A DNA stretch of 64,000 nucleotides from an uncultured Gemmatimonadaceae bacterium (GCA_963829055.1 CAWHHI010000006.1:96001-160000); one strand, 5' to 3'; shown: positions 1 through 12,284, numbered from the stretch's first letter. Numbers and translations are program-made. The notes: generated by a model from the letters alone, not told the origin.

Positions 1-51
1 GGATGGGTCGTCGCCGCGCTCGAGCGTGCGCATGCCGGAGCGGTAGGAGAC

Positions 52-762
52 ATGACGGTCCGGGTCGTCGCGGCGCTGCTCGAGGAGCAACGACGCCTCA
101 CGTCGCGCTCGGAGCTCGCCGCGCACGTTGGCCGCGTGTTGCGGCACTTCGCGGCCACGGACGCAGCGTTCGTGTTCCGTCCGGCGTGGCTCGACGTCGC
201 GCGGCAGGTGGACGACGCGTCGAGGCGAGAACTCCTCGCGCGCGCACTGGCTTGGGTGGCCCGCGGGTACGCGAACGGAAAGTTCACGGTTGGTGCGTTC
301 GCGGACGCGTGCGTCGCGGCTGGCGGTGAAGGCGCCACGATCGACGACGCGACGGTGGACGTGCTCGTGCCCCATCTCGCCGCGGCCGCAACAGCGCGCG
401 GGAGCTCCACGGAGCTGGGCTTACTCGCCGCGACGCTGGCGTCGGTCGCGACGCCGTCGGCGGCCGAGCGGCTGACGGCTGTGCTGCTCGAGGCGGTGGA
501 CGAGGCGACCGGTGACACGGTGCGCATGCGTCGTCTCGCGCTGGCGCTGCAGGAGATCGAGCGCGTTCGCGACGAAGACCGGTATGGCGAGGCACGGGCG
601 ACACTGCGTCGCGTGCTGGCGCGAGGCGGCGTCGCGATGGATGAGGAGCGCGCCCTTCGCGTCTTCCTCGGCGTCGATGACGGAACGGTGATGGGCCGAC
701 TGCTTGGCCGGTTGCCGAGCCTAACGCCGCGCGCGAGTGCGGCGATGGGTGATCGTCGATGA
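52..762 (+). CDS. Hypothetical helical protein, probably the C-terminal part of a gene starting upstream; coupled to the GTPase
   Basis: 236-aa ORF with GC-typical codon usage; its stop overlaps the next ATG (ATGA at 759-762). Confidence 0.6.
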   Translation: MTVRVVAALLEEQRRLTSRSELAAHVGRVLRHFAATDAAFVFRPAWLDVARQVDDASRRELLARALAWVARGYANGKFTVGAFADACVAAGGEGATIDDATVDVLVPHLAAAATARGSSTELGLLAATLASVATPSAAERLTAVLLEAVDEATGDTVRMRRLALALQEIERVRDEDRYGEARATLRRVLARGGVAMDEERALRVFLGVDDGTVMGRLLGRLPSLTPRASAAMGDRR

Positions 763-2234
763 CGGCTGCGACCACTCCCACGACTCCAACGTCGCCGGTG
801 ATGCCGCCGCGCGTCACGCCGGTGCCGGTGCTCGGGCCGGGAGACACGCACGACGGCTTCTTCCTCTGGGGCGCACCGAAGGCGGGCAAGAGCGGCTTCA
901 TCGGTGCGCTGTACGGTCTCTCGCGCGGTGACGACGTCGACCGCTGGACGGCACACCCGAAGGACTGCGACGATCCGCACACACAGGAGATGGTGCTGCG
1001 GGCGCACGAGGAGCTGAGCGAGCGCCGCAACACGAAGACCGGTGTGCGTGACACGCCGTATCGTCCGCTGCGCCTAACGCTGAGGAAGATGAAGGCCGGC
1101 CGGCAGGTCGGCGAGCTCAAGGTGGCGCTCGTGGACCCCGCCGGTGAGTTCTCCGTCGACCCGGCGCATCGACTCAGCTCGGCCGGAAAGCACCTGTATC
1201 GTCAGGTGGCGACGAGCCATGGCGTGCTCTGGCTGTTCGAGGCGACGCCCGACGGGAGCGCGTCCACACTCGACCGCCTGTTGATCCTCGAGCAGCTCGT
1301 CGCATTGCTCGAGGCGGGCGGCGCGCCGCAGCTGGATCTCCCGGTCGCGATCTGCCTGAGCAAGATCGACTGTCTCACCGAGGAGAAGCGTCGCGCCGCG
1401 CTCGCGAATCCCACACAGGCGCTGCTCGATCACCTCGGTCCGACGTCACTCACGTGGTTCGAGGCCGTGTGCCCGACGCTGCGTTGCTTCGCGGTGTCGT
1501 CCGCGGGTGTCGTTCCGGACAAGGTGCGACCAATCGGGCTCAACGACGTGCTCGATTGGCTCGAGGAGCAGCGCACGCGCCGCATCCGCACCGTGCGCGC
1601 TGCCGCGGTGCGAAGTCGCGCTATGGACCTCGTGAAGCGATGGAGCGGCATGGTCGCGAAGGGCGCGGCGATGGTCGCGCTCATTGGTGGCGTGGCGTAC
1701 GGCGGCTCGCGCATTGTGTCGAAGCTCAGGAAACCGCGAACGGTCGCTGTTACCGGTGTCACGGTAGCTGACACGGCGGCGCGGTCTCAACGCGTTCCGC
1801 CACCGTCGCGCGCGTCGGCGTCGCCTGACGCGCGTATGCCGACCAGGACATCGACGCGACCGCGAGTGTCCAGCGGCGACGTCGCTCGACGAACGGCTCG
1901 TACGCCTCCGCGCGTCGCCGCGTTCGATGTCAGGGCCGAGCGCGACAGCATGCGCGCCGCGTTCGCGGAAGGACTCGCGGTGCAGCGCGACGGCGAGTCC
2001 GGCGCGACATGGTTCCGTCGCGCATACGTGCACGCGACGCGCGTGATCGAGCGCGGCAGCGCGGGGAGTCGCGAGTACACGCCCGAGCGATTGATCCGCG
2101 CGCGATCGTGCCTGCTCGGCCAGCTCGACTGCCCTCGCTCGACCATGAGCGAGGACCTCACGTGGGTCCTGGTTTTCGGCGATGATGCGCAGCGCCGCAC
2201 GGCGGTGCGCCTGCTCGAACGGATCGGCGCATGA
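759..2234 (+). CDS. TRAFAC-class P-loop GTPase (double-GTPase-like) with a transmembrane segment and C-terminal domain
   Basis: G1 GAPKAGKS, G3 DPAGE, G4 SKID, G5-like VSSAG; hydrophobic AAMVALIGGVAYGG segment. Confidence 0.75.
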   Translation: MTAATTPTTPTSPVMPPRVTPVPVLGPGDTHDGFFLWGAPKAGKSGFIGALYGLSRGDDVDRWTAHPKDCDDPHTQEMVLRAHEELSERRNTKTGVRDTPYRPLRLTLRKMKAGRQVGELKVALVDPAGEFSVDPAHRLSSAGKHLYRQVATSHGVLWLFEATPDGSASTLDRLLILEQLVALLEAGGAPQLDLPVAICLSKIDCLTEEKRRAALANPTQALLDHLGPTSLTWFEAVCPTLRCFAVSSAGVVPDKVRPIGLNDVLDWLEEQRTRRIRTVRAAAVRSRAMDLVKRWSGMVAKGAAMVALIGGVAYGGSRIVSKLRKPRTVAVTGVTVADTAARSQRVPPPSRASASPDARMPTRTSTRPRVSSGDVARRTARTPPRVAAFDVRAERDSMRAAFAEGLAVQRDGESGATWFRRAYVHATRVIERGSAGSREYTPERLIRARSCLLGQLDCPRSTMSEDLTWVLVFGDDAQRRTAVRLLERIGA

Positions 2235-5200
2235 CATTGACTGCCGCCATCGTACTCTGCATGGCGGTGACCGCCTCGCTCGCGTTCTGGGCCTGGCGGT
2301 TCCCCGCTCGATTGCCGCGCGTCGTGACCCTCCTCGCTGTCGCGGCACCGCTCCTGTTCCTCGGATCGCTCGTGCGCGGTCGAGGTGATGGCCGCTCGGG
2401 GCGATCGCTCCAGGTCATCGGGCAGTACGGGTTCCTGCTCGACACGCTTCGGATCGGCGCCGGCCCTGGTGCCGACGTGCGCATTCCAGCGCCCAGCGGT
2501 GGGCGCGGCGGCACGGGGCTGGTTGCCGTGCACTTCCGGCCTAACGATTCGTCGCTCACCGTTCATGCCGAAGCGGGAGCGCCGCCCGTCGTCGTGGGCG
2601 ACCGGGTGCTGGCGGCCGCACGAGTAGGGCAGGACGCTACGCTCGCCGTGTCGCGAGCGGGAAGCGCGGCGACGTCGATCAGGGTCGCGATGCCCTGGTG
2701 GCCGCTCGGCTGCGCCACACGCATCGCTTCGTTGTGTGGCGAACGCATCGTGAGCACGGGCGATGTGGCGGTTCGCGCTCGCGTTACGGAGAACGGTGTC
2801 TGGAGCGATGCCCTCGATCCTGCACTCGCTCGGCTACCTTCGTTCGTGCTGTTCCGTCGCGAGGGCCAGGTATATGTCGCGGCGGGCGCGCGGACGGCCA
2901 TCACGGTGAACGGCGCGGCGCTGCCTGTCGAAGCGCGCGTCGACGACTGACGCAATCGAGATTGGTATCGGTCGCGAGACATCACGGCTTCGCGTCGTCG
3001 CGGATCGCCGCGCGAACCGCATGAACGTTCTGTTCGGCGGGCGACTCGTCGGAGAGCGATGGCCACTGCATGCTGGTGACGACCGGGCGGTTCACCGCGT
3101 GTCGTACGGTGCGCCGCCATCGCCGGGAACGCTTCCGCTCATCGATCTGAGCGGGACGCCGTTAGGCACGAGCGCCACGGCGTACTCCGGCGCGCTCGAG
3201 TGGGCGCCGGGCAGATGGCGGTGGCACGCAAACGGCCGCATGCGAACGATCGCGTCCGGTGAGACGGTGTTACTGCCCGGCACCGGCACTGCTCGTGAGG
3301 AGCGCGGGCACCTGGTTCGGCTCTCCGAGGGCGCAGGCGCACAGGGTTCGCTCGCGAGCATCGCGCTCGTCTGGATGCTCGGCGCGTTGCTGCTTGCCGC
3401 GTCGGCGGGCGCGGCAACTGGTGCGGTGCCGGCGCTGCGGCTCGGCGTACTTGGCCTGGCGTACACGTTGGCGATGGTTCGCTCGACGATCGCCGTGCGC
3501 GTTGCGACGTCCGAGCCGTTCAACGCTGAAGCCGTCCCGACCACGCTCGTATTCCTGATTGCGTTCCCGGTGCTCGTGTATCTGCTCGAGCAGATGCGCG
3601 TGTGGGATTGGCGGCAGCTCAGGGGTGACGCCGGTAGAGCGTCGCAGTGGAGGGCCGCGACTCAGGTCGGTCTCGTGTCAGGCGCTGGCGTACTCACGTA
3701 CGTGCTCGCCGGCGGGATCGACCGCGCGCTGTTCGTCATGTTCATCGTCATCGCGGGAACGGCCGGGCTCGTGGTGCTGCAATCGCTGCTCGTTCCGAGC
3801 GAAGCGCGTAGCGCAACGACAGGGATCCCGCTCGGCATGTTCGAGATCGGCGCGGAGCGAGGCTTCTCGAGCCGCCACCTCATGCGGGCGGTGAGCACGC
3901 TGCTCGTGCTCGTCGTCCTGTACATCGCGCTCGCGCTTTCGTTACGCGGTGTGCCGCCCTACCTGAGCATGGCGGCGTACACCGTCGTGCTCGCGGTCGT
4001 GTACACCGCGGCGGAACTGAGAGGGCGCGTGTGGGCGCGCATCTCGCCAGCGAGACACGCGCTCATGGTGCGCGTCGTCGCCGCACTCGGCGCCATCGGC
4101 GGATTGGTGAGTGCGTTCACGTTTGTTGGAGCGAGGCCGCTTCCGGTCGTCCTCGGTGCTGTCGCGGGGGCGCTCGCGGCGACGCTCGTCGCGCGCTTCG
4201 TTCTCGCGCCGCTCGTCGGGCCCGTGCGACTGTGGCCGTATCGTCGGCAGGACATTCTCCCGCCACTCTGGTTCGCGTTCGCGCCGGTGGCGTTGCTGCT
4301 CGTCGCACAGTGGAGCGCGGTGCGGCGACTCGGTATCACGCTCGGCTTCGCGTTGGCGATGGCCGGGCTTGCTGCTCGTGGTGCGCGTGTTCGCCGTGCT
4401 CTGGCACAGCGAGACGAAGGAGCGGGTCGACGCTCACCTCCGGGACGCCACGCCCGGCGGCGAGACGCGTCGTCGGACGCCGATGTTCCTCGCGCTCGCG
4501 CTCACGGTCTATGCCGGCTACCTGGGCGCCGACCGCGGGCTGATGTTGCTGCTGGTGACGTCCGTGCTCGCGACGCTCGTGATGGCGACGGCGATGCTCG
4601 GGCCGAAACGACTCGCGGTGTCGGTCCTGGCGCTCGTCGTGACGTTAGGCAGCGTCGGAGCGTGGCTGCGTGTGTCGCCTGTCGAGCTCGCGACGCGGCC
4701 AATGTCGTTGGCCACGCCTCAGGTTCGCTACGCGGCGGTTCGTCACCCCCGCGCGCTCGAGCGACAACTGCTCGTCGCCCGTAGTGGCGCGGCGCGTGAG
4801 ATCGTCAGCACGCTCCAGCAGGATTGGGGGATGCGCGCCTACGCCGCGTCAGGCAGTACGTGGGGCAACGGGCTGTACGGTACGACCGTACACGCGTCGC
4901 GCGATCTCCGAGGACGTGGCGCTCACGGACAACGCGTTCGCGGTGTTCGTGCTCAGCGAGCACGGGTTCGTGGGCGGCGCCGTGCTGCTCACGGCATACC
5001 TGGCACTGGCACTTCTGCTGTTAGGCAGCGCGACGATCGCGGGTCGCGCGGTGAACGAAGTGCCGCGTGGCATTCTGCTCGGCGGGCTCGCCATGTACGT
5101 GGCCGTGCCGGCTCTGTACATGGCGGCGGCGAACGTCTCGCTGCTGCCGCTGACCGGACAAAACCTCCCGCTCCTTGGCCTGCGGTCCGGTGCTGACGTG

Positions 5201-7529
5201 GCGTTCGCGTCGTGGACGCTCGCGCTCGCGGTGATCGCGTTGCCGCGAGCGACCGGCGTGGCGCGCGGCGTCACGGAGCGGGCCGAGATCAATAGCCGAG
5301 CGATGCGGCGGCTCGCGATCATCCTCGGTGCGGTCGCGGCAATGGTCGTGCTCGTTGGCGCGGTCGTCGTGCGCTCGCTCTACCGGGCGACACATCGCGA
5401 GGTGGCGCCGTTCCAGCTCGCGACGTTCGCGGACGGACTGCGTGCCGCGGTCGAGCGCGCAGACATCGTGCAGACGTGGCGACTCGATCATTCCCGGCAT
5501 CGCGGCGCGCGGGAAGCTCGGCTACCGCGACGGCGACTTCGTGCTGGCGACGGTCGATCGCGCGAATGCGTTCGCGGCGAATCGCGCGGAGTACCGCTCG
5601 CACTGCGTGGAGCGCGCAGCGTGGCTCAAGGGCGACGCGTCGGGCGTGCAGGTGTCGGACGCGCCGTGCAAGGTGGATGCGCCGGTGGGCAGCGGCGGGC
5701 CGTGGACCGGACGGTTGATTGGCCGGTGGTGCGCCAGCAGTCGCCGGACAGAGATGCGCGCAAGGGTCGTCGAGGTGCAGTCGGACGTCGTGCTCGCGAG
5801 TGGCGCGAGTGGAGTCCTGCTGGCGCCTGACGCGGCGGACGTCGTGCGCGTCTCGTGTCGCGATACGACCGTCGCGTTCGGCGCGAGCGCCGAGATCGGC
5901 TGCATGCGCGACGCGCGGGTGCGTGCGCGACGGACCGCGAAGGGCGCGGTGGTCGATGTCGTGGCGGCCGGCGCAGGCGTGACGAAGAACGGCAACCCTC
6001 TCGCGTCAGGCGAGCGGCTCCGGTTCGGCGACGTCGATCGCGATCGACAGCACGGCGACGTGGGTCGTGGACGCGACGCCTCGCGGCTCGCTCGGGTATT
6101 CGCGCGAGCGCAACGGCCAGTCCGGTGCGCGCCATCATGCCGACGACGCCGGCGCTGCTGGCGCGTCTCGATTCGCTGCTGTCGGACGGGTTGCAGCTCG
6201 GGGCCCGTGCAGCGGCGTCCGACGTGACGCTGACTGTCGATCGCGCTGCCATCGATGCGGTGCAGCGTGGACTCGACCGACGTTGCGCAGACGCCGCGTC
6301 AGGCGGAGTGCGCCAGTGTTCGGCGATGCTCGTGGATGCCGAGACTGGTGACATTCTCGCGTTCGCGGATTGGGCGAAGCCCGGCGTCCGCGTGAGTCGT
6401 TTCGCGGCGCTCGATCACAACTTCCGGAATCATCGTGCGGCGTCGACCGTGAAGCCGTTCATCGCGGCGGCGGTGCTGAACGAGTATCCGTCGCTCAGGA
6501 CGCTCGTCGTCGATCATCCTGGCGATCGCTTCGCGAGCGCGGCCGGCTGGCCGTTGGGTTTCACGACGCCAATGAAGTCGGAGCTGCACGGGTGTGCGCG
6601 CGTGCCGGTCGGGTGGGATTGCTTCATTCCGAACTCGAACAATCTCTACGCCGTGACGCTCGGGTTCCTGGGCGCAGCGGAGCGCGGCCCGAACGGCCTG
6701 CCGGCGTTAGGTGGAGTGGCCGAGGGGCCGTGGTACGCCGTCGGTGGACAACGGATGGCGCAGCGCCCGAGGTTCGCGGTGCAGAATGGGCGTCGCGTGA
6801 TCGCGAGCTCTCCACTCGCGCACCAGCTCGAGACGCTGTTCGACGCTCGCATAGGACGGCAGGCCGGCGCGTTCGACGAGAGTCTGTGGAATCCGCTCAC
6901 GACTCGGCGGATGCTGCGCACGAATCCGCAGTGGCAGCTCGTGTCGCCGGACGTGCCGACGCTGCCGCTCGATTCGCCGCAGTTCTCGGATCTCCGCTAT
7001 CTCGCCGGCTTCATGATCGGCGAGAACGAGAACAACTGGAGCAACGCGGCGCTCGTGCGTGCGCTCGCCCGCATCATGAACGGGCGTGGCACGGAGCTGC
7101 GGCTGATCCAGCGTGTCGGCGACATCGGACTCGCGCCGATGGAGAAGGCGGGTGTGCGATTCGGCGCCGGCCGGGACGACTGTGCTGGCTGGCATGCGGG
7201 GCGTCGTTCGCGGAAGCGGCACGGCTGCGCGCACGACCGCGAACATGTTCGACGCTCCCGGATTCGACTTCTTCGGGAAGACGGGCACGCTCGAGAGTCA
7301 GCGCTTCGAGCCGCTCTCGCTGTTCCTGTTCGGCGGGCGTGATGGCCGCGCAAAGCCGCACGGGTGTCCGGTGGTCGGGATCGTGTACGTAGAGTCGGAG
7401 CGCGGCGCGGCGGAGCGCCTAACGGGTGTGTCGCTGTTCGCGGACGTGGTGGCGCCGGTGCTGCGGGAGCGTTACGGGTGGGGGGACAAACCATGCGTGA
7501 TCGCGCGTTCGGCTGGAGAGACGCCGTGA
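2231..7529 (+). CDS. Large fusion of FHA-like beta domains, a SEDS (FtsW/RodA) polymerase and a class B PBP transpeptidase, broken by several indels
   Basis: Stitched from ORFs 2231, 3021, 4111, 4670, 5328, 5855 and 7113. SEDS motifs TDNAFAVFVLSEHGFVG and LLPLTGQNLPLLG; transpeptidase SxxK (STVK), SxN (SNN) and KTG (GKTGT). Confidence 0.7.
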
Positions 7530-7534
7530 GTGTT

Positions 7535-7658
7535 TGTCATTCCGAGCGAGCGCAAGCGAGTCGAGGAATCGTCGTCGTCCCGGTCGAGAGGCCCGTCTGA
7601 CTCGGTGAGCGCATCGCGATTCCTCGACTCCGGCCTGCGGCCTCCGCTCGGAATGACA
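7535..7658. repeat. REP-like palindromic element (TGTCATTCCGAGCG...CGCTCGGAATGACA family)
   Basis: Terminal inverted repeats with internal GAGTCGAGGAATCG/CGATTCCTCGACTC stem. Confidence 0.85.
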
Positions 7659-8702
7659 ATCGCTCCGACTCGCTTCTGCGCTGGGCTCGGGATGACTGCG
7701 CTCATCCTCGGCTCCAGTGCGTGCAACCGCGGCGCTCGATGTCGTGCGCGAGCAATTCGCCGGTCGATCGCGCTCGACGATCGATTCTCTCTCCGCGCAG
7801 AACGCATCGCTCCAGCGGCAGATGGTGGTCTTCGAGCGCATCTCGGCCGAGAAGGACACGTTGCTGCGGGAGGTGCGGGACGCGCACGTCCTCATCGAGG
7901 CCGTAGCGGAGCAGCTGCGACGGATGGACGGCTCGCCGATGGAGTTCGAGTCGGTAGACTCGGCCGGTATGACCACGACGGGCACGTCGATGGGAGCAGC
8001 GGCGGGCGGGTCGGACAGCGTCGTTGCCGCCGGAGGTGACGTCGGTGTCGATGCGGCAGGCGAGATCCCGGCCGGCCCCGGCACCTATCGCGACGCGATG
8101 CTCAGCAAGCTCGAGGGCGTTAGGCGTCGCCTGGCCGACGTCGAGGACAGCTCGCGCGTGCGTGGCGAGCGGCTGCTCGAAGCCGCGCAAGACAACGATC
8201 GCCTGCGTGCCCAGATCGAGGAGCACCTTCGCACGATCGAGGGGCAGAAGGATCTGATCGCGACCTATCTCGTGCGGATCACGGAGCTCGAGACGCAGGT
8301 CACGGCGCTCACGGATTCGACGCGCAAGCTGACGGAAGCGAACGAGGTGCTGAGTGACTCGCTTCGGCGCATCACGTCGCGGGCGAATACGGCGTGGTAC
8401 GTGGTCGGGACGCGCGCGGAGTTGGTGCGCTCCGGCGTGCTCACGGAGGAAGGCGGGATCCTCGGCTTCGGAAAGAGCCTGGCGCCGTCGCGGGCCATGT
8501 CGCGCAACGTGTTCACGCGCATCGACCGGCTCCGTGATACGGTGATTGCGCTACCGATCGGCGAAAGAGTACCGGATCGTGTCGCGACATGATCCGGGGC
8601 TGGTGTCGGTGACGACATCGCCCTCCGGCGGGACGATGCGAGATCAAGGAGCCGGAGCGGTTCTGGAGTGCATCAGGTTGGCTGATCGTCATCTACGACT
8701 GA
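7653..8702 (+). CDS. Predicted coiled-coil lipoprotein, Cbp1-like C-terminus (frameshifted)
   Basis: Signal peptide with lipobox GSSAC, long coiled coil, NTAWYVVGT..EL..GVLTEEGG.LGFGK..FTRID motif, ends FWSASGWLIVIYD*. Confidence 0.55.
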
Positions 8703-8817
8703 CTCGCATTGTGCTCGCCGGGAAGCGGCTGGCGTCCGGCGGCGGCATGGCCAGTACCAAGTGCGTCAGCCGCTCAGTCGCCGGTCATCAGGCTTCAGTC
8801 CCCGTATCCGCCGGCTG

Positions 8818-8932
8818 TGTCATTCCGAGCGGAGGCCGCAGGCCCGGAGTCGAGGAATCGCTCGCTCGCCGATAAGGGCCCTCTATCGGGAGAGCAGGAT
8901 TCCTCGACTTCGGCCTCGCACCGCTCGGCATG
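8818..8932. repeat. REP-like palindromic element
   Basis: Same family; 3' end degenerate; lies between convergent genes. Confidence 0.8.
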
Positions 8933-8957
8933 CGCCGTCGGCTCCGCGAAGCTGACA

Positions 8958-10107
8958 CTACGCGCGGTTCGGACAGTTTCGCGTCCGTCTGCAGGTCGCG
9001 CCAGCGTCTTCGGCCGCGCGTGTTTCTCTCCGCCCGTTTGTCTTGAAGACTCGGAGTAGGTACCAGAGCGACGGGATGAGGATCACCGCCCCTCCCGCGA
9101 GGACTGCCAGGTTGCTCTCCAGCGTCTCCACCGGCGCAGCGGCGGCATCGATCGTTAGGCTCGGCGGAATGATCAGCGGGAACTGCGCGAGCGCCCATCC
9201 CCAGAGGATCAGCGTTACCCATCCTGCTGCCGCGACGCGCGCGAAACGGTAGTGTCGCCGGACGAGCGCGAACACCGCGGCGGCCGCCGCGAGTGCCGAT
9301 CCGACCAGAAGCGGCAGCGACCACCCGACGCCGATCAGGCGTGCCATCACGCCGCCTCGCGCCACACCTAACGCCAACGCGATCAGCGCCGTGATCGCCG
9401 CCGCCGCGGCAGCACCGAGGGCTCGGCGGCGGAAGTCGTCCTGCAGGTCGGTGTTGCCGTCGGCCTCGACGGTCAGATACGTCGCGGCGAGGAACGAGAA
9501 TAGCGCCAGCGTCATCGCGCCGACCGCGAGCGTGAACGGAGAGATCCACGGGTTCACGTAGAGCGCCGCGAAACTGACCGGCGCCGCCGCGCTACCGGCA
9601 TCCGGCAACGCGGCCGCCCGCCCGGTGCCGATACTCGCGAGTGCGGATCCCGACGCTACCCGATACTACCGCGCCGACGATCATCCCGAGCACTATCGGC
9701 GTTATCAGGCTCGAGGCGGCGAACACCTGTCCCCACCTCCGTTGCTCGGTGCGTGGGCCGTACGAGTACGATCGGAAGATGAACGCCGAGCCGCGGAGCA
9801 CGATGCCCACGAGCATGAGGGACAGTGGGATGTGCAGAATCGTCCCGAACGCCGCGAACGCCGGCGGGAAGCACACGAACAGCACGACCACGACCACGAT
9901 GAGCCACACGTGGTTCGCTTCCCAGATCGGGCCGATCGCCTTCGAGATCAGCGAGCGCTGTTGCTCGCGTCGCGGGCCCGTGGCCAGGAGATCCCACACG
10001 CCGCCGCCGAAGTCCGCGCCGCCGAACAACACGTACGCGTTCAGCGCGACGACGACGACCCACGCCGTCAGCTCGGCCACCGTCAGGTTGGCGATGATGT
10101 CGAGCAT
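8958..10107 (-). CDS. cydB: Cytochrome bd ubiquinol oxidase subunit II (frameshifted)
   Basis: YVLFGGADFGGG and IGPIWEANHVWL motifs; start overlaps the cydA stop (TGATG). Confidence 0.9.
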
Positions 10108-11432
10108 CAGTGGTCCGACTCGGAGGCGGAGGTGGGCGTGCGCACGATCTGTTGTCGCACCATGTACACGACGATGAGGCCCAGCAGGACGTAGAGCAGC
10201 GTGAACGTGAGGAACGGGACGACGAGGCCCGGCATCGGCGACACGGCGTCGGCGGTGCGGAGGACGCCGTACACGATCCACGGCTGCCGCCCGACTTCCG
10301 TGACCGTCCAGCCGGCTTCGATCGCGATGAAGCCCATGGGCGTCGCGAGCGCGAGTGCGCGCAGCAACAGGCGATCGTCGGCGAGCGCCTGCGTCGCGCG
10401 ACCGCGCCACCAGCGCCACAGCGTCCAGACGCTCACGAGCGCCATGTACGTGCCTAACGCCACCATGATCTGGAACGCGATGTGGACGATCGCCACCGGC
10501 GGCCACTCGTCGCGCGGAATCGAGTCCAGCCCTTTCACTTCCGCGCGCGGGTCATGAAAGGCGAGCAGGGAGAGGCCGTACGGAATCTTGATGGCCCAGC
10601 GTGTCTCGCGCCGGTCGACGTCGGGCCAGCCGCCAATGTGGAGCGGCGCACCAGCCCGCGTGTCGAAGTGAGCCTCGAGCGCGGCGAGCTTGGCGGGCTG
10701 CGCGCGCGCGACGTAGCGAGCGCTGAGGTCGCCGGACAGTGGCTGGAGGATCGCGGCCGGCGCGCCAACCGCGAGCGCGACCGCCAGTGCGCGCCGATGG
10801 AAAACGGTGTTCTGCCCGCGCAGGATCTGGATCGCGTGAATGCCGGCGACGGCGAGCCCGGTCGCGGCGTACGCGGCGAGCGTCATGTGAAGCGTCTGGG
10901 AGAACGCCGCCTCGTTCGCCATGGCGGCGAGCGGCCTAACGTTGATCGCCTTGCCGCCGACCATATCGAATCCCGCCGGCGAATTCATCCACGCGTTCGC
11001 GATGACGACGAAGATCCCCGACAGCACGCCACTCAGCGCGACGATGATCCCGGCGGCGAGATGCGCGGCGCGGCTCACGCGATCCCACGCGTACAGGTAG
11101 ATCCCGAGGAAGATCGCTTCGGTGAAGAACGCGAATCCTTCCAGCGAGAACGGCATCCCGAAGATCGGCCCGGCGAATTGCATGAAGCTCGGCCAGAGGA
11201 GGCCGAGCTCGAAGGAGAGAACCGTCCCCGACACGGCGCCGACGGCGAACAGGATCGCGGCGCCCTTGGACCAGCGCTTCGCGAGGTCGAGGTACGTCGC
11301 TTCGCCGGTGCGCATCCAGCGCCATTCCGCGATGACCATGAGGAGTGGCAGCCCGATCCCGATCACCGAGAAGACGATGTGGAACGCGAGCGACATGGCC
11401 ATCTGACTGCGCGCGGCGAGCAGATCGGACAT
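10107..11432 (-). CDS. cydA: Cytochrome bd ubiquinol oxidase subunit I
   Basis: AFHIVF, ANAWM, QPAKLAALE and GWTVTEVGRQPW motifs. Confidence 0.95.
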   Translation of the reverse strand: MSDLLAARSQMAMSLAFHIVFSVIGIGLPLLMVIAEWRWMRTGEATYLDLAKRWSKGAAILFAVGAVSGTVLSFELGLLWPSFMQFAGPIFGMPFSLEGFAFFTEAIFLGIYLYAWDRVSRAAHLAAGIIVALSGVLSGIFVVIANAWMNSPAGFDMVGGKAINVRPLAAMANEAAFSQTLHMTLAAYAATGLAVAGIHAIQILRGQNTVFHRRALAVALAVGAPAAILQPLSGDLSARYVARAQPAKLAALEAHFDTRAGAPLHIGGWPDVDRRETRWAIKIPYGLSLLAFHDPRAEVKGLDSIPRDEWPPVAIVHIAFQIMVALGTYMALVSVWTLWRWWRGRATQALADDRLLLRALALATPMGFIAIEAGWTVTEVGRQPWIVYGVLRTADAVSPMPGLVVPFLTFTLLYVLLGLIVVYMVRQQIVRTPTSASESDH

Positions 11433-11477
11433 CGGATGGGGTATCAGGCGTTCGTCACACGACGCGGAGCGGACCCG

Positions 11478-11627
11478 TGTCATTCCGAGCGAGCGCAGCC
11501 GGGAGCCACGGAACGTGGGCAGATGAGGAATCCTTGGCGTCCCGGTAGAGAGCCCTCGACCGGTACGATCGCGATTCCTCGAGCGCCCAGAGGCACCCGC
11601 GGCCTGCGGCCTCCGCTCGGAATGACA
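11478..11627. repeat. REP-like palindromic element
   Basis: TGTCATTCCGAGCG...CGCTCGGAATGACA ends. Confidence 0.8.
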
Positions 11628-12159
11628 AATGAATCTAGTCTTGACAACGAACGGGGGTCGATGCTAGTGTGCGCCCCTTGGGAGTCGCGTCCCGATGTTC
11701 ACGGCACGCCGCGCACTGCGCGGAGGTGCCACCTCGACCATTCACCGCACGGTCGAGCGAGCATCGAGGGCGCGACTTTGCGTTTCTGGGTGACCGGTGT
11801 CGCGGTGCCGGGGTCTGGCTAGTCACCTGCGGATCGAGCTCCCGCGTGCGCGCACGAGTACAACGCGAGTGCGCAGCAGCGATCCGTTGAACCAATAGAT
11901 GTGAAGCACCAAGGAATCTCTTCGAATGAAACCAACCATTTATCTCCCACTCGCCAATCGCGACGTCAGCGGCCCGTGCCGCTCGAGCGCGAGCTTGCCC
12001 GCGCGCTTCGGCGTCGGGCGGAGTGAGATGCATGGTCTGTGGATCGAGACCGAAGGCAGGCAAGTGGGCACGAAGGATCAACGCACGCAGAGTGCGGGTG
12101 GCTCAGGGGAGAAGCGAACGCCGTAGCGTATCGCGATCGTCCGAGCGAGGAGCGAATCA

Positions 12160-12195
12160 ATCGCCCCACCTGCGCAACGCTGCAGGTGGGGCGAT
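12160..12195. other. Perfect 14-bp hairpin (possible terminator or insulator upstream of the RNA array)
   Basis: ATCGCCCCACCTGC-N8-GCAGGTGGGGCGAT; no U-tract. Confidence 0.4.
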
Positions 12196-12246
12196 CTGCA
12201 TCTGGTGGCCCAAGTCGTTGGCTGTGTGATGGTTGTTGGTCGCTGT

Positions 12247-12277
12247 TTGACAATCGAACGTCCGGAATTTGGAAGTT
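12247..12277 (+). promoter_or_regulatory. Candidate sigma70 promoter for the tRNA/Y-RNA/rsr operon
   Basis: Consensus TTGACA at 12247-12252; weak -10 (GAAGTT); predicted +1 near the first RNA stem at 12285. Confidence 0.35.
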
Positions 12278-12284
12278 GTTCAGA

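Noticed and set aside
11635..12081. 148-aa minus-strand ORF upstream of cydA
   Set aside because: No recognisable motif or convincing start; left uncalled
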